NCBI GenBank assembly: GCA_950097015.1 | Contig: CATNEN010000034.1 | Location: forward strand, 992,001 to 1,056,000 | From: Macrostomum hystrix | Taxonomy: Eukaryota > Animalia > Platyhelminthes | Direction of reading: 5' to 3' | Length of the DNA stretch: 64,000 bases | In this document: positions 50,320-63,249 of the stretch, piece by piece | How positions within the stretch are numbered: position 1 is the stretch's first letter | Layout of the letters: each line of letters starts with the position of its first letter | The notes under the pieces: model-generated | Databases searched by the model: none | The model's input: the letters and a program-made list of their open reading frames with translations, nothing else | Told to the model about the DNA's origin: nothing | Position numbers and translations under genes: made by a program

Positions 50320-51718
50320 CAGTAGCTAGAGTCCTAGTAGCCTATAAACAGTAGCTAGAGTCCTAGTAGCCTATAAACAGTAGCTAGAGTCCTAGTAGCC
50401 TATAAACAGTAGCTAGAATCCTAGTAGCCTATAAACAGTAGCTAGAATCCTAGTAGCCTATAAACAGTAGCTAGAATCCTAGTAGCCTATAAACAGTAGC
50501 TAGAGTCCTAGTAGCCTATAAACAGTAGCTAGAGTCCTAGTAGCCTATAAACAGTAGCTAGAATCCTAGTAGCCTATAAACAGTAGCTAGAATCCTAGTA
50601 GCCTATAAACAGTAGCTAGAATCCTAGTATCCTATAAACAGTAGCTAGAGTCCTAGTATCCTATAAACAGTAGCTAGAGTCCTAGTATCCTATAAACAGT
50701 AGCTAGAATCCTACTAGTAGCCTATAAACAGTAGCTAGAATCCTAGTAGCCTATAAACAGTAGCTAGAATCCTAGTAGCCTATTAACAGTAGCTAGAGTC
50801 CTAGTATCCTATAAACAGTAGCTAGAGTCCTAGTAGCCTATAAACAGTAGCTAGAATCCTAGTAGCCTATAAACAGTAGCTAGAATCCTAGTAGCCTATA
50901 AACAGTAGCTAGAATCCTAGTAGCCTATAAACAGTAGCTAGAATCCTAGTAGCCTATAAACAGTAGCTAGAATCCTAGTAGCCTATAAACAGTAGCTAGA
51001 ATCCTACTAGTAGCCTATAAACAGTAGCTAGAATCCTAGTATCCTATAAACAGTAGCTAGAATCCTACTAGTAGCCTATAAACAGTAGCTAGAATCCTAG
51101 TAGCCTATAAACAGTAGCTAGAATCCTAGTAGCCTATAAACAGTAGCTAGAGTCCTAGTATCCTATAAACAGTAGCTAGAGTCCTAGTAGCCTATAAACA
51201 GTAGCTAGAATCCTAGTAGCCTATAAACAGTAGCTAGAATCCTAGTAGCCTATAAACAGTAGCTAGAATCCTAGTAGCCTATAAACAGTAGCTAGAATCC
51301 TAGTAGCCTATAAACAGTAGCTAGAATCCTAGTAGCCTATAAACAGTAGCTAGAATCCTAGTAGCCTATAAACAGTAGCTAGAATCCTAGTATCCTATAA
51401 ACAGTAGCTAGAATCCTAGTAGCCTATAAACAGTAGCTAGAATCCTACTAGTAGCCTATAAACAGTAGCTAGAATCCTAGTAGCCTATAAACAGTAGCTA
51501 GAATCCTAGTATCCTATAAACAGTAGCTAGAATCCTAGTATCCTATAAACAGTAGCTAGAATCCTAGTAGCCTATAAACAGTAGCTAGAATCCTAGTAGC
51601 CTATAAACAGTAGCTAGAATCCTAGTATCCTATAAACAGTAGCTAGAATCCTAGTAGCCTATAAACAGTAGCTAGAATCCTAGTAGCCTATAAACAGTAG
51701 CTAGAATTCTAGTAACCT
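50320..51718. repeat. 29-bp minisatellite, ~48 copies (a few 32-bp variants)
   Basis: Unit agtagctaga(a/g)tcctagta(g/t)cctataaac. Confidence 0.97.
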
Positions 51719-51959
51719 AAGTAGTAGCCAGATCAGTGCTTCCAATTGCACTTTAATTAGCACTGGCGCCTTCAATTGGCTACGCCGTTTTATGACTAGC
51801 TTAAGTCGTAGTCTAGTCGTAGGGAACGAGACGAAGCGGACTATCTGTTTTTTACGCCATAGGCAATAAAACTGCCAAAATTGGCTTTCTAACCCTGCAT
51901 GGTGTAATGTAGCCACATCTGCGCTTGATAATTTATTCGCCTACGCTACAAACCAGGTC

Positions 51960-52750
51960 TCTTCAGGATTGCTCCTCCCCAGTCATTCAGGATTTCTCCT
52001 CCCCAGTCCTTCAGGATTTCTCCTCCCCAGTCCTTCAGGATCGTTCCTCCCCAGTACTTCAGGATCGCTCCTCCCCAGTCCTTCAGAATCGCTCCTCCCC
52101 AGTCCTTCAGGATCTCTCCTCCCCAGTCCTTCGGGATCTCTCCTCCCCAGTCCTTCAGGATCTCTCCTCCGCAGTCCTTCAGGATCGCTCCTCCCCAGTC
52201 CTTCAGAATCGCTGTTCCCCAGTCCTTCAGAATTGCTGTTCCCCAGTCCTTCAGAATCGCTCCTCCCCATTCCTTCAGAATCGCTCCTCCCCAGTCCTTC
52301 AGGATCTCTCCTCCCATGTCCTTCAGGATCTCTCCTCCCCAGTCCTTCGGGATCTCTCCTCCCCAGTCCTTCAGGATCGCTCCTCCCCAGTCCTTCAGAA
52401 TCGCTGTTCCCCAGTCCTTCAGAATTGCTGTTCCCCAGTCCTTCAGAATCGCTCCTCCCCATTCCTTCAGAATCGCTCCTCCCCAGTCCTTCAGGATCTC
52501 TCCTCCCCAGTCCTTCAGGATCGCTCCTCCCCAGTCCTTCAGAATCGCTGTTCCCCAGTCCTTCAGAATTGCTGTTCCCCAGTCCTTCAGAATCGCTCCT
52601 CCCCATTCCTTCAGAATCGCTCCTCCCCAGTCCTTCAGGATCTCTCCTCCCCAGTCCTTCAGGATCTCTCCTCCCATGTCCTTCAGGATCTCTCCTCCGC
52701 AGTCCTTCAGGATCGCTCCTCCCCAGTCCTTCAGGACCTCTCCTCCCAAT
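51960..52750. repeat. 24-bp minisatellite, ~33 copies, with higher-order blocks
   Basis: Unit cttcag(g/a)atc(g/t)ctcctccccagtc with recurring variant runs. Confidence 0.96.
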
Positions 52751-54459
52751 TGTCCAGGATTAAGCTTTTTAACAATTAAAAGTGCATCGTCTGGCGCCAT
52801 GAATCTACTATCTAAAAATATAAATCAAATCACAGATAAAAGTACTAATATATATATATATATGAAGTGAGCTTCAGATAATCAGATTCTATAACGTTTC
52901 AACCGGTAGTAGCAGTCAGTCCGCGTCTGCGCGAAAATCCATTAGCAATTAGGAGGCGTTTTCCATATCTACTTTTATTTAATTGAGCGAGTTTTTAGTT
53001 AAGTGAGTGAATTCGGTTGCTAATTTGCTGATTATTAATTCTGTCATTTCTGAGAGCATTTCCATAGATTTCCATTCTACATTGGCTGTTTACTTCATTT
53101 CCAACATAGAATAGAAAAAGGCCCATAACTCATTGGGCCACATGTGCAGCTAGCTGTTCAATCCAGCTAATTGTGGAACCCATTCACTCGTCCGAGTTTG
53201 TTGGCTGTCTGCGGCCAGATCAATTCGGTCGTGGTTTGAATCTGCTTCTTTGAAACTTAATAAATTTTAATAAAATAATCTTTAACTGCACAACTCCGTT
53301 GTTCTGTTGTCAAACTTCCGAAAGTGTTCCGTTGTCAAATAGGATGGCCATCAGTGCGGTGGATGAGATGGGTGTGGTGGGTCTCTGGGAAGGTCACCAT
53401 TCCTTCATGAAATGTGTCTTTGCTCCTTATTTTGCCCCGGTTATTCGCCCTGGTAGGCAGCCATAGCAGTAAGCTACATTTTTGTGACTGTTCTGCTTTA
53501 GAAAGCTGCCCTATGAGTATTTCCTTTACTTTCCTTCGTGTAGCTTTATCTTTTTTGTTTTATGCCCTTGTGTATCTTTTAAGATAATCTGGAATGCCCA
53601 CTAGGCTTGAAACTTTCTACGTGCAATTAAAACCTCTTCCATACTGAAGCATTTTCTCTTCACTGGATTGCCGTAGTCGTCTTCTAGGCATGGTCAGCCC
53701 GGGCTGAATAATATTATTTAAATAAATATTCGAAGTGATTCCGCTTGCTCGAGTTCTCTGTTCTATGCCTCCAGTTGGTATCGAACTGGGCAACGAAGTT
53801 TTCTTTGCGTGTTCTATTAGTGTCAAAAGAAAGCAAGTATAGTGTTGGTTTTGCAGGACTAATGCCGCAGCAGTTTAGCATGACTTGGCTGTTATTTTGG
53901 TTTTGCTTCCAACATCGCTGCATGTTCCCTAATAGTTTGGAAATTATGGGCCAGTATGATATGCTTCTCTTTTGTATGTTGTATGTTGTCCTCATTGCTT
54001 TTTGGCTGACTTGTAGCATTACCTTGCAGTCGTATTACTTAAATCAAGTCAACGAGCTAAACAAAATCACGCAGTCGTGTGAAAAAAACGAGCTCCGTAG
54101 GCTTTTTTCTCCTCCTGTGGAATGCTATTCATTTGAAGAGACTTTAACGGGAAGTTACAAGTTCCGGTCGGTGGTCGGCATTGCCGAATGAAAGAGCATT
54201 TTTTCGTACAAGTGCATTTCTGGTTTAGTGAAATTGCAATCTGCAGATGTGAGTTTCGGGCTTAGCAAGTAAAAATTCCGCAAATTATGCATCAATTGTT
54301 TCGATCGTAGCTCAGTTTGCCAAGCGGCTACGAGCAAATTTTCACTTTTTATACCATCTGAAGTTTTGAATTTAATTACATTTAGACATGTTTAATTACA
54401 TCCCAGTCCCAGTCAGAAATGTGTAGCAGAAGTAGAATACAACAATGACACCTATAATT

Positions 54460-54660
54460 TCCTGATAGCCGATGGGCCAGTTGTGCAGCCAGTAGCATAG
54501 CGTCACCTATCGCGCACCAAAATCATTTTTACCCCTTCTATTGCTTTGTGAACTGAAAAAATAGTTAAGTGTCTTGTTGAACGAAAAATATAGTTTAGCT
54601 TTGGCTGGGATTCGAACTGCCGACCCTACAATAGTCCGATGCTCTAACCTCTGGATTATA
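54460..54660 (-). mobile_element. tRNA-derived SINE copy (degenerate pol III head plus CORE-like motif)
   Basis: Minus strand: A-box-like taatccagaggttagagca, B-box agttcgaatcc, then caagacacttaact..ttcagttcac and gctgcacaactggccc. Confidence 0.6.
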
Positions 54661-55859
54661 ATTTCTCAATTAAACTGCATGAGTAAGAGACCTACATTAT
54701 TGTACCTAAACGAATATACATGTTACCTGTAACTTGTAAACATCAGAGCCCGCCGCAAATAGGCCTGTCTTGTCTTCAAAAGCTCCAAACTTCAGCAAGT
54801 GTGTTTCTATGCACTCGCATGCTGATGCTAGATTGAGCAGGAAATGTGGTCGGTGGGTGGAGCGGATCACACTCACAGCATTCATTACAGGCTGGGAGAG
54901 TCCTGTTGCAACAGCCGGAGTCAACAGGCAAATGCCATTAGTTGGGAAGTCGGAGACCAGCCCGGATCGCGGCTAAAACTTGGCACTATGCTGAGCTATA
55001 GTTAGTATATACATGTAGTATACCCATGGCATAGGGGAGTGAGCTAATATTTGAGAAACAAACTGAAACAGAGTAAAACATAATAAATGCTACAAAAAGG
55101 CAGCTTGACTAGCTTGACTGGCAAATGCCATGCTAGTTTTGGCAGACTGGTGATGCATCGTTCACTCGTTCAATCATTGCATTCGTCTGCCAAGGCGGCT
55201 GCCAGTAACCTTTAAATTTTTCCGCTCTGGGCGCAATAAATATGAAGTTGCTGACCACCGAATGGAATATAATACAAGAGTCTAGACACAAGGCAGCAAT
55301 GTCTGCTTTCTAGTTAGACTTTGGCCGATGTAGAGTGTTTTCTGTTTAGGAAACTAAAGGTCGGACAAGCCGATAGAGTGAGTGCGAGCGAATGCAGACT
55401 GAGGGCAGCTAGAGAGTTGCTGTTTGATAGAGCATGGTTGAAGAGTGCCGCTAATCTATGAATGATTGGCAGCTAGATTGATGGAAGCGCATGCAGTGCA
55501 AGAGAGTTGGCCTTAGCCGTAAGTGGGCAACGCGCCAGAACACCAAGAATTCGGATTGGAATTAGCAGTCTAGGGTTGACGCCAAGTTGTGTTTGCTGCG
55601 AAGGTGAATTTTCTTCTGGATTCGTGTAAAAAATTTATGTGCGTGCTATATGGGATAGTTCACATTTCGGGATCAATCGATCTTATCACAGCAAGAAAGT
55701 TTTAGCAAGTAATTTAGCGTTCAACATCTGGACCCGAACTGGTTGCAGATTTTATTTGGAAGCTTTTTATACAGCTTTTTTACAGTTTTTTTAACGAGCA
55801 ATAAGAATTTGGCTTTAATTTGCATGCCTGTTGACATGCAAATTGTAGCCTCCCTCCGG

Positions 55860-58800
55860 CTATGAAGTACCCAGGGGCCAACGGTGTCGCCGGCCTCTCC
55901 TGCCACGCAACTGAATGGCTACCCACCGAGGACAACGAAGCAGTCGGGCCAGTGAGCAGCGAAAGCTAAGATTCAATGCCAAGCGCAATGAGCTCCGTGC
56001 TGCTGCTCGTCTCCCCCGGAAGGACTTGCAGCCTCGAGTACTGTCCTCAACAACTGGCACAGTACCCCTTATAGCGCGTGTTTCTGATAGTGAAGGGACC
56101 AAAGGTCTTCCGCCGACTCTCCGGCTGGCCAAGCACATTTGCCTTGCGAGTTTCAATGCTCGTACACTCCGGCTCAACTGGCGACTGACTGAGCTCTGCT
56201 GGCTTGCTGCCCAGCTTAACATCACTGTCCTCGCCATTCAAGAGCACCGAAGAACTAACGTCGAGAACACCGACATCGGCGGTGGATGGCACTTTAAAGC
56301 TACCCCTGCTAGTCCTCAAGGGCTCGGAGGAGTGGATTTCCATCTGTACCCTGCGGCAAACAAAGCTCTTCTTGACATCTATTTTCCTGCTCATCGTATC
56401 GGCCATGCCTCTTTCGCTCTCGCTGACAGGCGCCATCATGTCGTCTGTGTCTATGCTTCGACCAGCTCTCGCATCATTGTCGACCCTTCTGAAACTGATC
56501 ATCTTTACTAAATTTTAGAACACATCCTGGACTCCATCCCGTCTCACGACCTGGTCTTCATCATTGGCGACTTTAATGCCATCCTGTTGATAGCCATCGC
56601 GTTAAAAACAGATGCGGAACTCTAAACGCCAACTCGCCCTTCCTTTCTCGCCGAGTTTGTTCAGGCCAGAAACCTGGTGGTGGCTAATGGATATCTAACA
56701 CAACTATTTAGCAAACTTCCTACCTTTTATGGTCCAAATAGACGTGTCACTCGTCTTGATTGGATCCTCTGCTCCAAAAACTGCACGACCAAGATTCTTT
56801 AGGTTTGTATCATCCGTCCCTGCTGCATTGAGTCGGACCACAGTCTTATTGCTTGCGAAGTTGACCTTCCATGGACCAAATTAAAAAATCTCCCGCGTTT
56901 CCACTCTGAGCGGACCTTCGAGATCCTGCTGCTCGGGAAGCTTTTGTCTCAAAAGTTCTCAGCGCTCTTCCTGGTCCTGAATCTTCTGCCGAGACCTTTC
57001 TCTGCTGCTGTTAAAGCTGCGGCCGACATCCTTCCCAGACGCACAGCTAATAGACCGAAGGCCATCTGGAATGCTGATCCTGAAATTGCGCAAGCTAGAC
57101 AACGAGTCCAAAGTAACGCTGCTCGCGATGGACAGCGAGCATGCTTCGGCCCTCCGCAATGAATTTCAACGCATCTATTCTGCCAGAATCGAGTCATACA
57201 CCGAAGGAGCCATGTCTGAAATTCAAGTCGCCACTGACACGTGCAAGCATGCTGCTGCATAGCGTGCTATCAACAAGCAGACCTAGACCTAGCGCAGTCG
57301 TTGGAGCTTCCTCTGTCGGAGAAAGAAAAGTCACTTTTGCTGCTCACTACCAGAAAGTTCTCAACGCTCCGCCTCCAGACACTGGACTTCTTCCGATTCC
57401 GGACTTCAATCCGTCTGCTCCAAGCAGTTTTAATACTGGGCCCCTTTCTGTCACTGAAGTCCGTCAAGCGTTGGCCACTACACGCTCCGATGCCGCAGCT
57501 GGTGTTGACGAAATTTCTCCTTGAGTGCTCAAGCTCCTTGAGTTCTTGCATGTCATAACAAACTTGCTAAATAAGCACACAATCCTTAGAGGAAACCCAG
57601 ATGCTCACGCTCCATCTGCTTGGCGAACCACGAAATTTTTGTCCATCCGAAAGAAAGGGCCGTCAACTAGTCTTGATAATCAGCGTGGCATTGCTCTCCA
57701 GTGTACTCTCTGCAACTCTCAGCTCTTTCCTTCAATCCTTCGAAACCGCTTGCTCCCTGGGCTTAATCATCTGCTCCTTAGCGTTCAAAGCGGTTTCGGA
57801 CCAGGAAGATCTACGTCCGAGCAGATCGTCACCCTCCGCATCATCATCAAATCTTGTATGACTCGTCATACAGCCGTCTCAATCGTGTTTATAGACTTCC
57901 GTAAGGCTTTTGTCTAGGTGGCTCCTTATCTCCTGGTTGCTGGCCCAGTATGGGTTCCAGCTGCGCTGATCGCTGCTGTCACTCACCTCTACATGGACAC
58001 GCGTGGCTTCGTCCAGACTCCTGACGGGCCAGGACTCCTGACTCCTGCGAATTTCGCACCTCTCAGGAGTTCTTCAAGGTGATACCTTGGCGCCCTTTTC
58101 TTTTTATCTTGTTCGTCGACTGCACAACATCCTGCGACGCGCGCTAAGGGAAGATGACTACATCATGACCACTCGTCGAGGTCCGCGCCACCCTTCCGTC
58201 ACCCTTGGTGCCTACGCTGACGACATCGCTCTCAAATGTGCTGCTCAACGCGCTGTCACCAGACTTTGCGAAGAAGCCGCCCGAGTTGGTCTATTGGTCA
58301 ATGCCCCCAAAACTGAGGTTCTTCACATGGAAACCGAAAACAGTCCGCCGCTGTCTCTCCCGAGTAGTGAGCAAATCATGGCCTGCGACGAATTTCGCTA
58401 CCTCGATTCTCTCGTCATGACCCCTGAGACCGTCATCGCCGATTGAAGGACGTAAGCATGGCAAGCTGCCATCAAGCTGCGCCCGATTTTTCTCTGCTGC
58501 CCCCGACAAATTATAGATGAAGATTTTTCATGCTGCCGTCGAAACAAACCCGGCTTCCGGCCTGGCCTGGAGGTCCCCATGACTCAATCGAGAGAAAGAA
58601 GTATCGACGCCTCACTCAGCCCTTTTTCGCTATGCTATCGGCGTCGGCTACCCAGAGATTATCTCCAACCGTGACCTGGCGAGACGGACGGGCGCTCTGC
58701 CGGTCAGCACGGTTCTCCGTCGCAGGCGTCAAACCCTCGCGGTCACGTTCTGAGGCGCTTCAACCGAGGAGAGGCAGACCCGCTTGCCATGGCTCTGCTG

Positions 58801-59010
58801 CACCAGCCCACTGACCCATGGAGGCGCGGTCGTGGACAAACTGTCACTCTTCTCAAACTCTGAACTCTGACCTTGAAGCCATTGGCCTGACCACTTGACT
58901 TACTTGACTTAGCTGCAGGGTGGTCCATGGACGCAGCGGGGAGGCGAGGATCGCCCATACCGCTAACCCCTGTAGGCCCGCAGACAGGCAAGGGCGCGGG
59001 GCCGGTCAGT
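55860..59010 (+). mobile_element. Near full-length, decayed non-LTR retrotransposon (RTE/RTEX-like; APE endonuclease plus RT)
   Basis: APE motifs SFNARTL, LAIQEH, CVYA, IGDFNA, PTFYG, RLDWIL, SDH. RT motifs AAGVDEI, NQRGIAL, QSGF..GRST.EQI, FIDFRKAF, GVLQGDTLAP, YADDIAL, VNAPKTEV. Many stops and frameshifts. Confidence 0.92.
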
Positions 59011-60449
59011 GGCCTGACCACTTTGTATGCGTCTAACTGTACTTCCCAACTCTATCGCGAGCGCGTGCGCGCTGGTTCTACTTATTGGTCACCAGCGTCT
59101 CTTTATTATTTAATAATAAGAATTTCACTGGTGTACTTAACATAGTAGAGAAGCATTCATCGAGTTTTATTACATAAACCATAAATAAATTCTTTCTTAA
59201 TAGACTTGATGGAAGATAAAGTATCGATATATCGCATGGTTAAACAACCGCAATATGGATTCAGAAAAATTTATCTGTTTACGCGATTGGTTGGAAATGC
59301 GTGAAATATCTCGCTTGCTCGTGTCTTGCTTTAGCTAGATAGCTATCAGACCATCTAGTACACTTAAACTTGCTGTTTGTCTACACTATATTTTCGTCAT
59401 AACAAGAACATCCTCAAAATCGTAATCATAACTTGCTTACAATAATAGACAAGCGAGACCGAAGTTCTCACACTAAAACTGCCTGTCGCAATCAAAATCG
59501 AGTGAAAAATTCTTAAGAGTAATGTACTTTTTGGCTTTAACTGCCTAAGTTTCTTCGGCTACAATTGCGGAACTAATTGAATTGACTGCGCAACAAAAAA
59601 TATCAGGCTGCTGGCTAAAGTAGAACTACAGTCCACTGTAAAGATCTGAGGTATTTTACAGCGGTCTAGTACAAACTAAGTAGATTTTCATTCCTTCATG
59701 CTATTTTAGTGCGTGCCTATTCCCGGCAGTATATGGCGGAAATGAAATTTTCTGCTAGAGAGCTTTCCTATATATTCGATGCTGAGTTATCCGTTTCGAC
59801 TAGCAGGATTGCATCTCTCCTCCCTTATCTAAGCTGCTCCCGTCTCGCTTTCTTTCTGCTCACCTTCTACTTTAGAGTTTAGATTAATAAAGTGGACCAG
59901 CTCTGAATAGAGTTGGGTTAGCATTATAGCAACAGTTGCGAGAGGGTTCGACCTGAGTATTCGAGATTAGAGAGCCTGTGAATCTGTAACCAAAACGAGT
60001 TTTTTTCGAGTTTCGTTTTTTCAGTTTTATTGCCTAAATAATTGGCAAGAGGCAATCAGAATCAAGATCATTGTTGCTTATGCTATTCTGCAATATTCGT
60101 TTCTTTGTTTACCATGCTGCATGTTTCGTGTTTCCATGTTGCGTTTTACCTTAAATCACACCCAACAGGCCTCCTTATCTTTGATTAGTAAGTCTAGTAA
60201 CCTACCTCCTCGTCCTGTGATTAGTCCTATTAGAAACTGGCGTTCTTATCAGTGATTGGTCAGATTTGAAACTAACTTTCTTAACTGCGATTGGTCAGAT
60301 ACGAAAATATCTATAACTATATTATAACTATATAATATATACTATATATATACTATATTATATACTATATTATTAGTCAGATTAGAAAATGTTCTTATTT
60401 TCTGTGATTTATAACCGAACGCAAAAATAAAAAACTATCACACCTGCAG

Positions 60450-60831
60450 CACAACGCCGCGCCTTGACTATATTCAGCGTCGAACTCGAATGCGCGTCGT
60501 TGACAACAGCGAGCTGGGCCGGCGGGCCATGGAGTCCGGCAAGCCGCCTCGAGTTATGCACGTCTACGGCAAGAAGCTGAAGGCCAGCACCGGCGACATG
60601 GTCATGGTGGCCATTCTGGGCCAGAAGAAGCGCGGCTACGTTGTCGGCGCTCGCCTACCGGAGGGCCCGCTGCGGCCACAGTACGATAGCAACAATCTGG
60701 TGCTGCTCGATGACGAAGGCCAGCCGTTGGGCAATCGCATCCTGGCTCCCGTGCCCAGCTTCTTGCGGTCTAACAAGAATCCTAGGCTAGATTATACCAA
60801 ACTGCTGGCCATTGCCACCAAGTTTGTGTAG
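60450..60831 (+). CDS. MRPL14: Mitochondrial ribosomal protein L14 (uL14m), 3' coding exon; upstream exon uncertain
   Basis: IQRRTRMRVVDNSELG, GDMVMVAILGQKKRGYVVG, DSNNLVLLDDEGQPLGNRILAPVP, LLAIATKFV; acceptor cacctgcAG at 60449. Confidence 0.92.
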
Positions 60832-61743
60832 AGCCTGCCTTCCGGTGTACCTTCATAGCAACTAAACTGTTTCACTCGCCCGTCATGTAGCTAACAGTTT
60901 GATGCACTTTTTCACACTGGGTCTTGGGATTAGTTTGACACTTTAAACTTACTCCTGAAAAACTGCTTTGCTTGGAATTGGAATTAGGAGACAATAACAG
61001 AGAATTTGAAATGATACTGACTTGAGATTGGTTCATGGCCTTCAGATTAACAACCCAGAACCTTCAGATTGTCAATCCAAGACCTTCAAATCGACAATCT
61101 AGAATATGATTATAATTAACAGGCAACGCTTGCTGAGTACATATGTGATTTGATTGATTTGCATTTTGGTGAAATTCAGAACAGATTCATTGCAAATTCG
61201 CTGTAGCGGGTTCACTTTGTTTGTTTGTATTGTTCGAGCTGAAATCAGGCTTTGGGTTTCATTGTCTCTTGCTGTTTTTATATCTGAAATACTATTTAAC
61301 TTGTTATTATAAATGATTAGTCTGAGCTGAGCGCATTCACTTGCAGACACGCGTAATTCTCTTGAGTCTGTGTTTATGTTTCTCCTTTCAAAAATCCAGG
61401 CCGCTTCTAAAAGAGACGTGTTGCTATATCTCATCAAAAAATGATCGATGCCTGCTCATCCTTAGATTGTGTAGTAGCAAGGGTTGCTGAAAATCATCGT
61501 CTTACAAATCAATCGAATAATCTTGTTCACATTTCGAATGGGAGTCGAATATGCGGGGTTCCCTCACAGATCGATAATTAGCGAAGTGATGAAAGAGGAC
61601 TATAGTCACATCCCTAAAGCAAACGGGAATTATAAAGGACATTAAGACCCGAGCTCCTAACCTTTGTAGGCTATGAGTATTCTCACACTAGCGCCACAAT
61701 ATAGGTCACTGGCAATAGGACTCAATTCTTGCGGATCAGGGTT

Positions 61744-63249
61744 GGTTCCTGGGTCATAGTACATGCAGTAGGTCACTGTTGACCTAGGTTCTTGGATCAT
61801 AGTACATGCAGTAGGTCACTGTTGACCTAGGTTCCTGGATCATTGTACATGCAGTAGGTCACTGTTGACCTAGGTTCCTGGGTCATAGTACATGCAGTAG
61901 GTCACTGTTGACCTAGGTTCCTGAATCATTGTACATGCAGTAGGTCACTGTTGACCTAGGTTCCTGAATCATTGTACATGCAGTAGGTCACTGTTGACCT
62001 AGGTTCCTGGGTCATTGTACATGCAGTAGGTCACTGTTGACCTAGGTTCCTGGGTCATTGTACATGCAGTAGGTCACTGTTGACCTAGGTTCCTGGGTCA
62101 TTGTACATGCAGTAGGTCACTGTTGACCTAGGTTCCTGGATCATAGTACATGCAGTAGGTCACTGTTGACCTAGGTTCCTGGGTCATTGTACATGCAGTA
62201 GGTCACTGTTGACCTAGGTTCCTGGGTCATTGTACATGCAGTAGGTCACTGTTGACCTACGTTCTTGGGACATAGTACATGCTGTAGGTCACTGTTGACC
62301 TAGGTTCTTGGGACATAGTACATGCAGTAGGTCACTGTTGACCTAGGTTCCTGGGTCATAGTACATGCAGTAGGTCACTGTTGACCTAGGTTCCTGGGTC
62401 ATAGTACATGCAGTAGGTCACTGTTGACCTAGGTTCCTGGGTCATTGTACATGCAGTAGGTCACTGTTGACCTAGGTTCCTGGGTCATTGTACATGCAGT
62501 AGGTCACTGTTGACCTAGGTTCCTGGGTCATTGTACATGCAGTAGGTCACTGTTGACCTAGGTTCCTGGATCATAGTACATGCAGTAGGTCACTGTTGAC
62601 CTAGGTTCCTGGGTCATTGTACATGCAGTAGGTCACTGTTGACCTAGGTTCCTGGGTCATTGTACATGCAGTAGGTCACTGTTGACCTAGGTTCCTGGGT
62701 CATAGTACATGCAGTAGGTCACTGTTGACCTAGGTTCCTGGGTCATTGTACATGCAGTAGGTCACTATTGACCTAGGTTCCTGGGTCATTGTACATGCAG
62801 TAGGTCACTGTTGACCTAGGTTCCTGGGTCATTGTACATGCAGTAGGTCACTATTGACCTAGGTTCCTGGGTCATAGTACATGCAGTAGGTCACTGTTGA
62901 CCTACGTTCTTGGGACATAGTACATGCTGTAGGTCACTGTTGACCTAGGTTCTTGGATCATAGTACATGCAGTAGGTCACTGTTGACCTAGGTTCCTGGA
63001 TCATTGTACATGCAGTAGGACGTAGGTCACTGTTGACCTAGGTTCCTGGGTCATTGTACATGCAGTAGGTCACTGTTGACCTAGGTTCCTGGGTCATAGT
63101 ACATGCAGTAGGTCACTGTTGACCTAGGTTCCTGGGTCATTGTACATGCAGTAGGTCACTGTTGACCTAGGTTCCTGGGTCATTGTACATGCAGTAGGTC
63201 ACTGTTGACCTAGGTTCCTGGGTCATTGTACATGCAGTAGGTCACTGTT
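61744..63249. repeat. 43-bp minisatellite, ~35 copies, with an internal hairpin
   Basis: Unit gtacatgcagtaggtcactgttgacctaggttcctgggtca(t/a); period checked (61802 to 61845). Confidence 0.97.

Noticed and set aside
51925-52870. Five overlapping repeat ORFs on both strands
   Set aside because: 24-bp array lacking stops in several frames
54600-54660. Functional tRNA gene
   Set aside because: Acceptor and anticodon stems are not intact and SINE-like sequence follows; treated as a SINE head
59222-59229. TATCGATA (DRE-like) upstream of MRPL14
   Set aside because: A single 8-mer more than 800 bp from the gene; compatible with chance
59905-59965. Second tRNA-like sequence (GGTTCGAC)
   Set aside because: Only a B-box-like heptamer; no cloverleaf could be built
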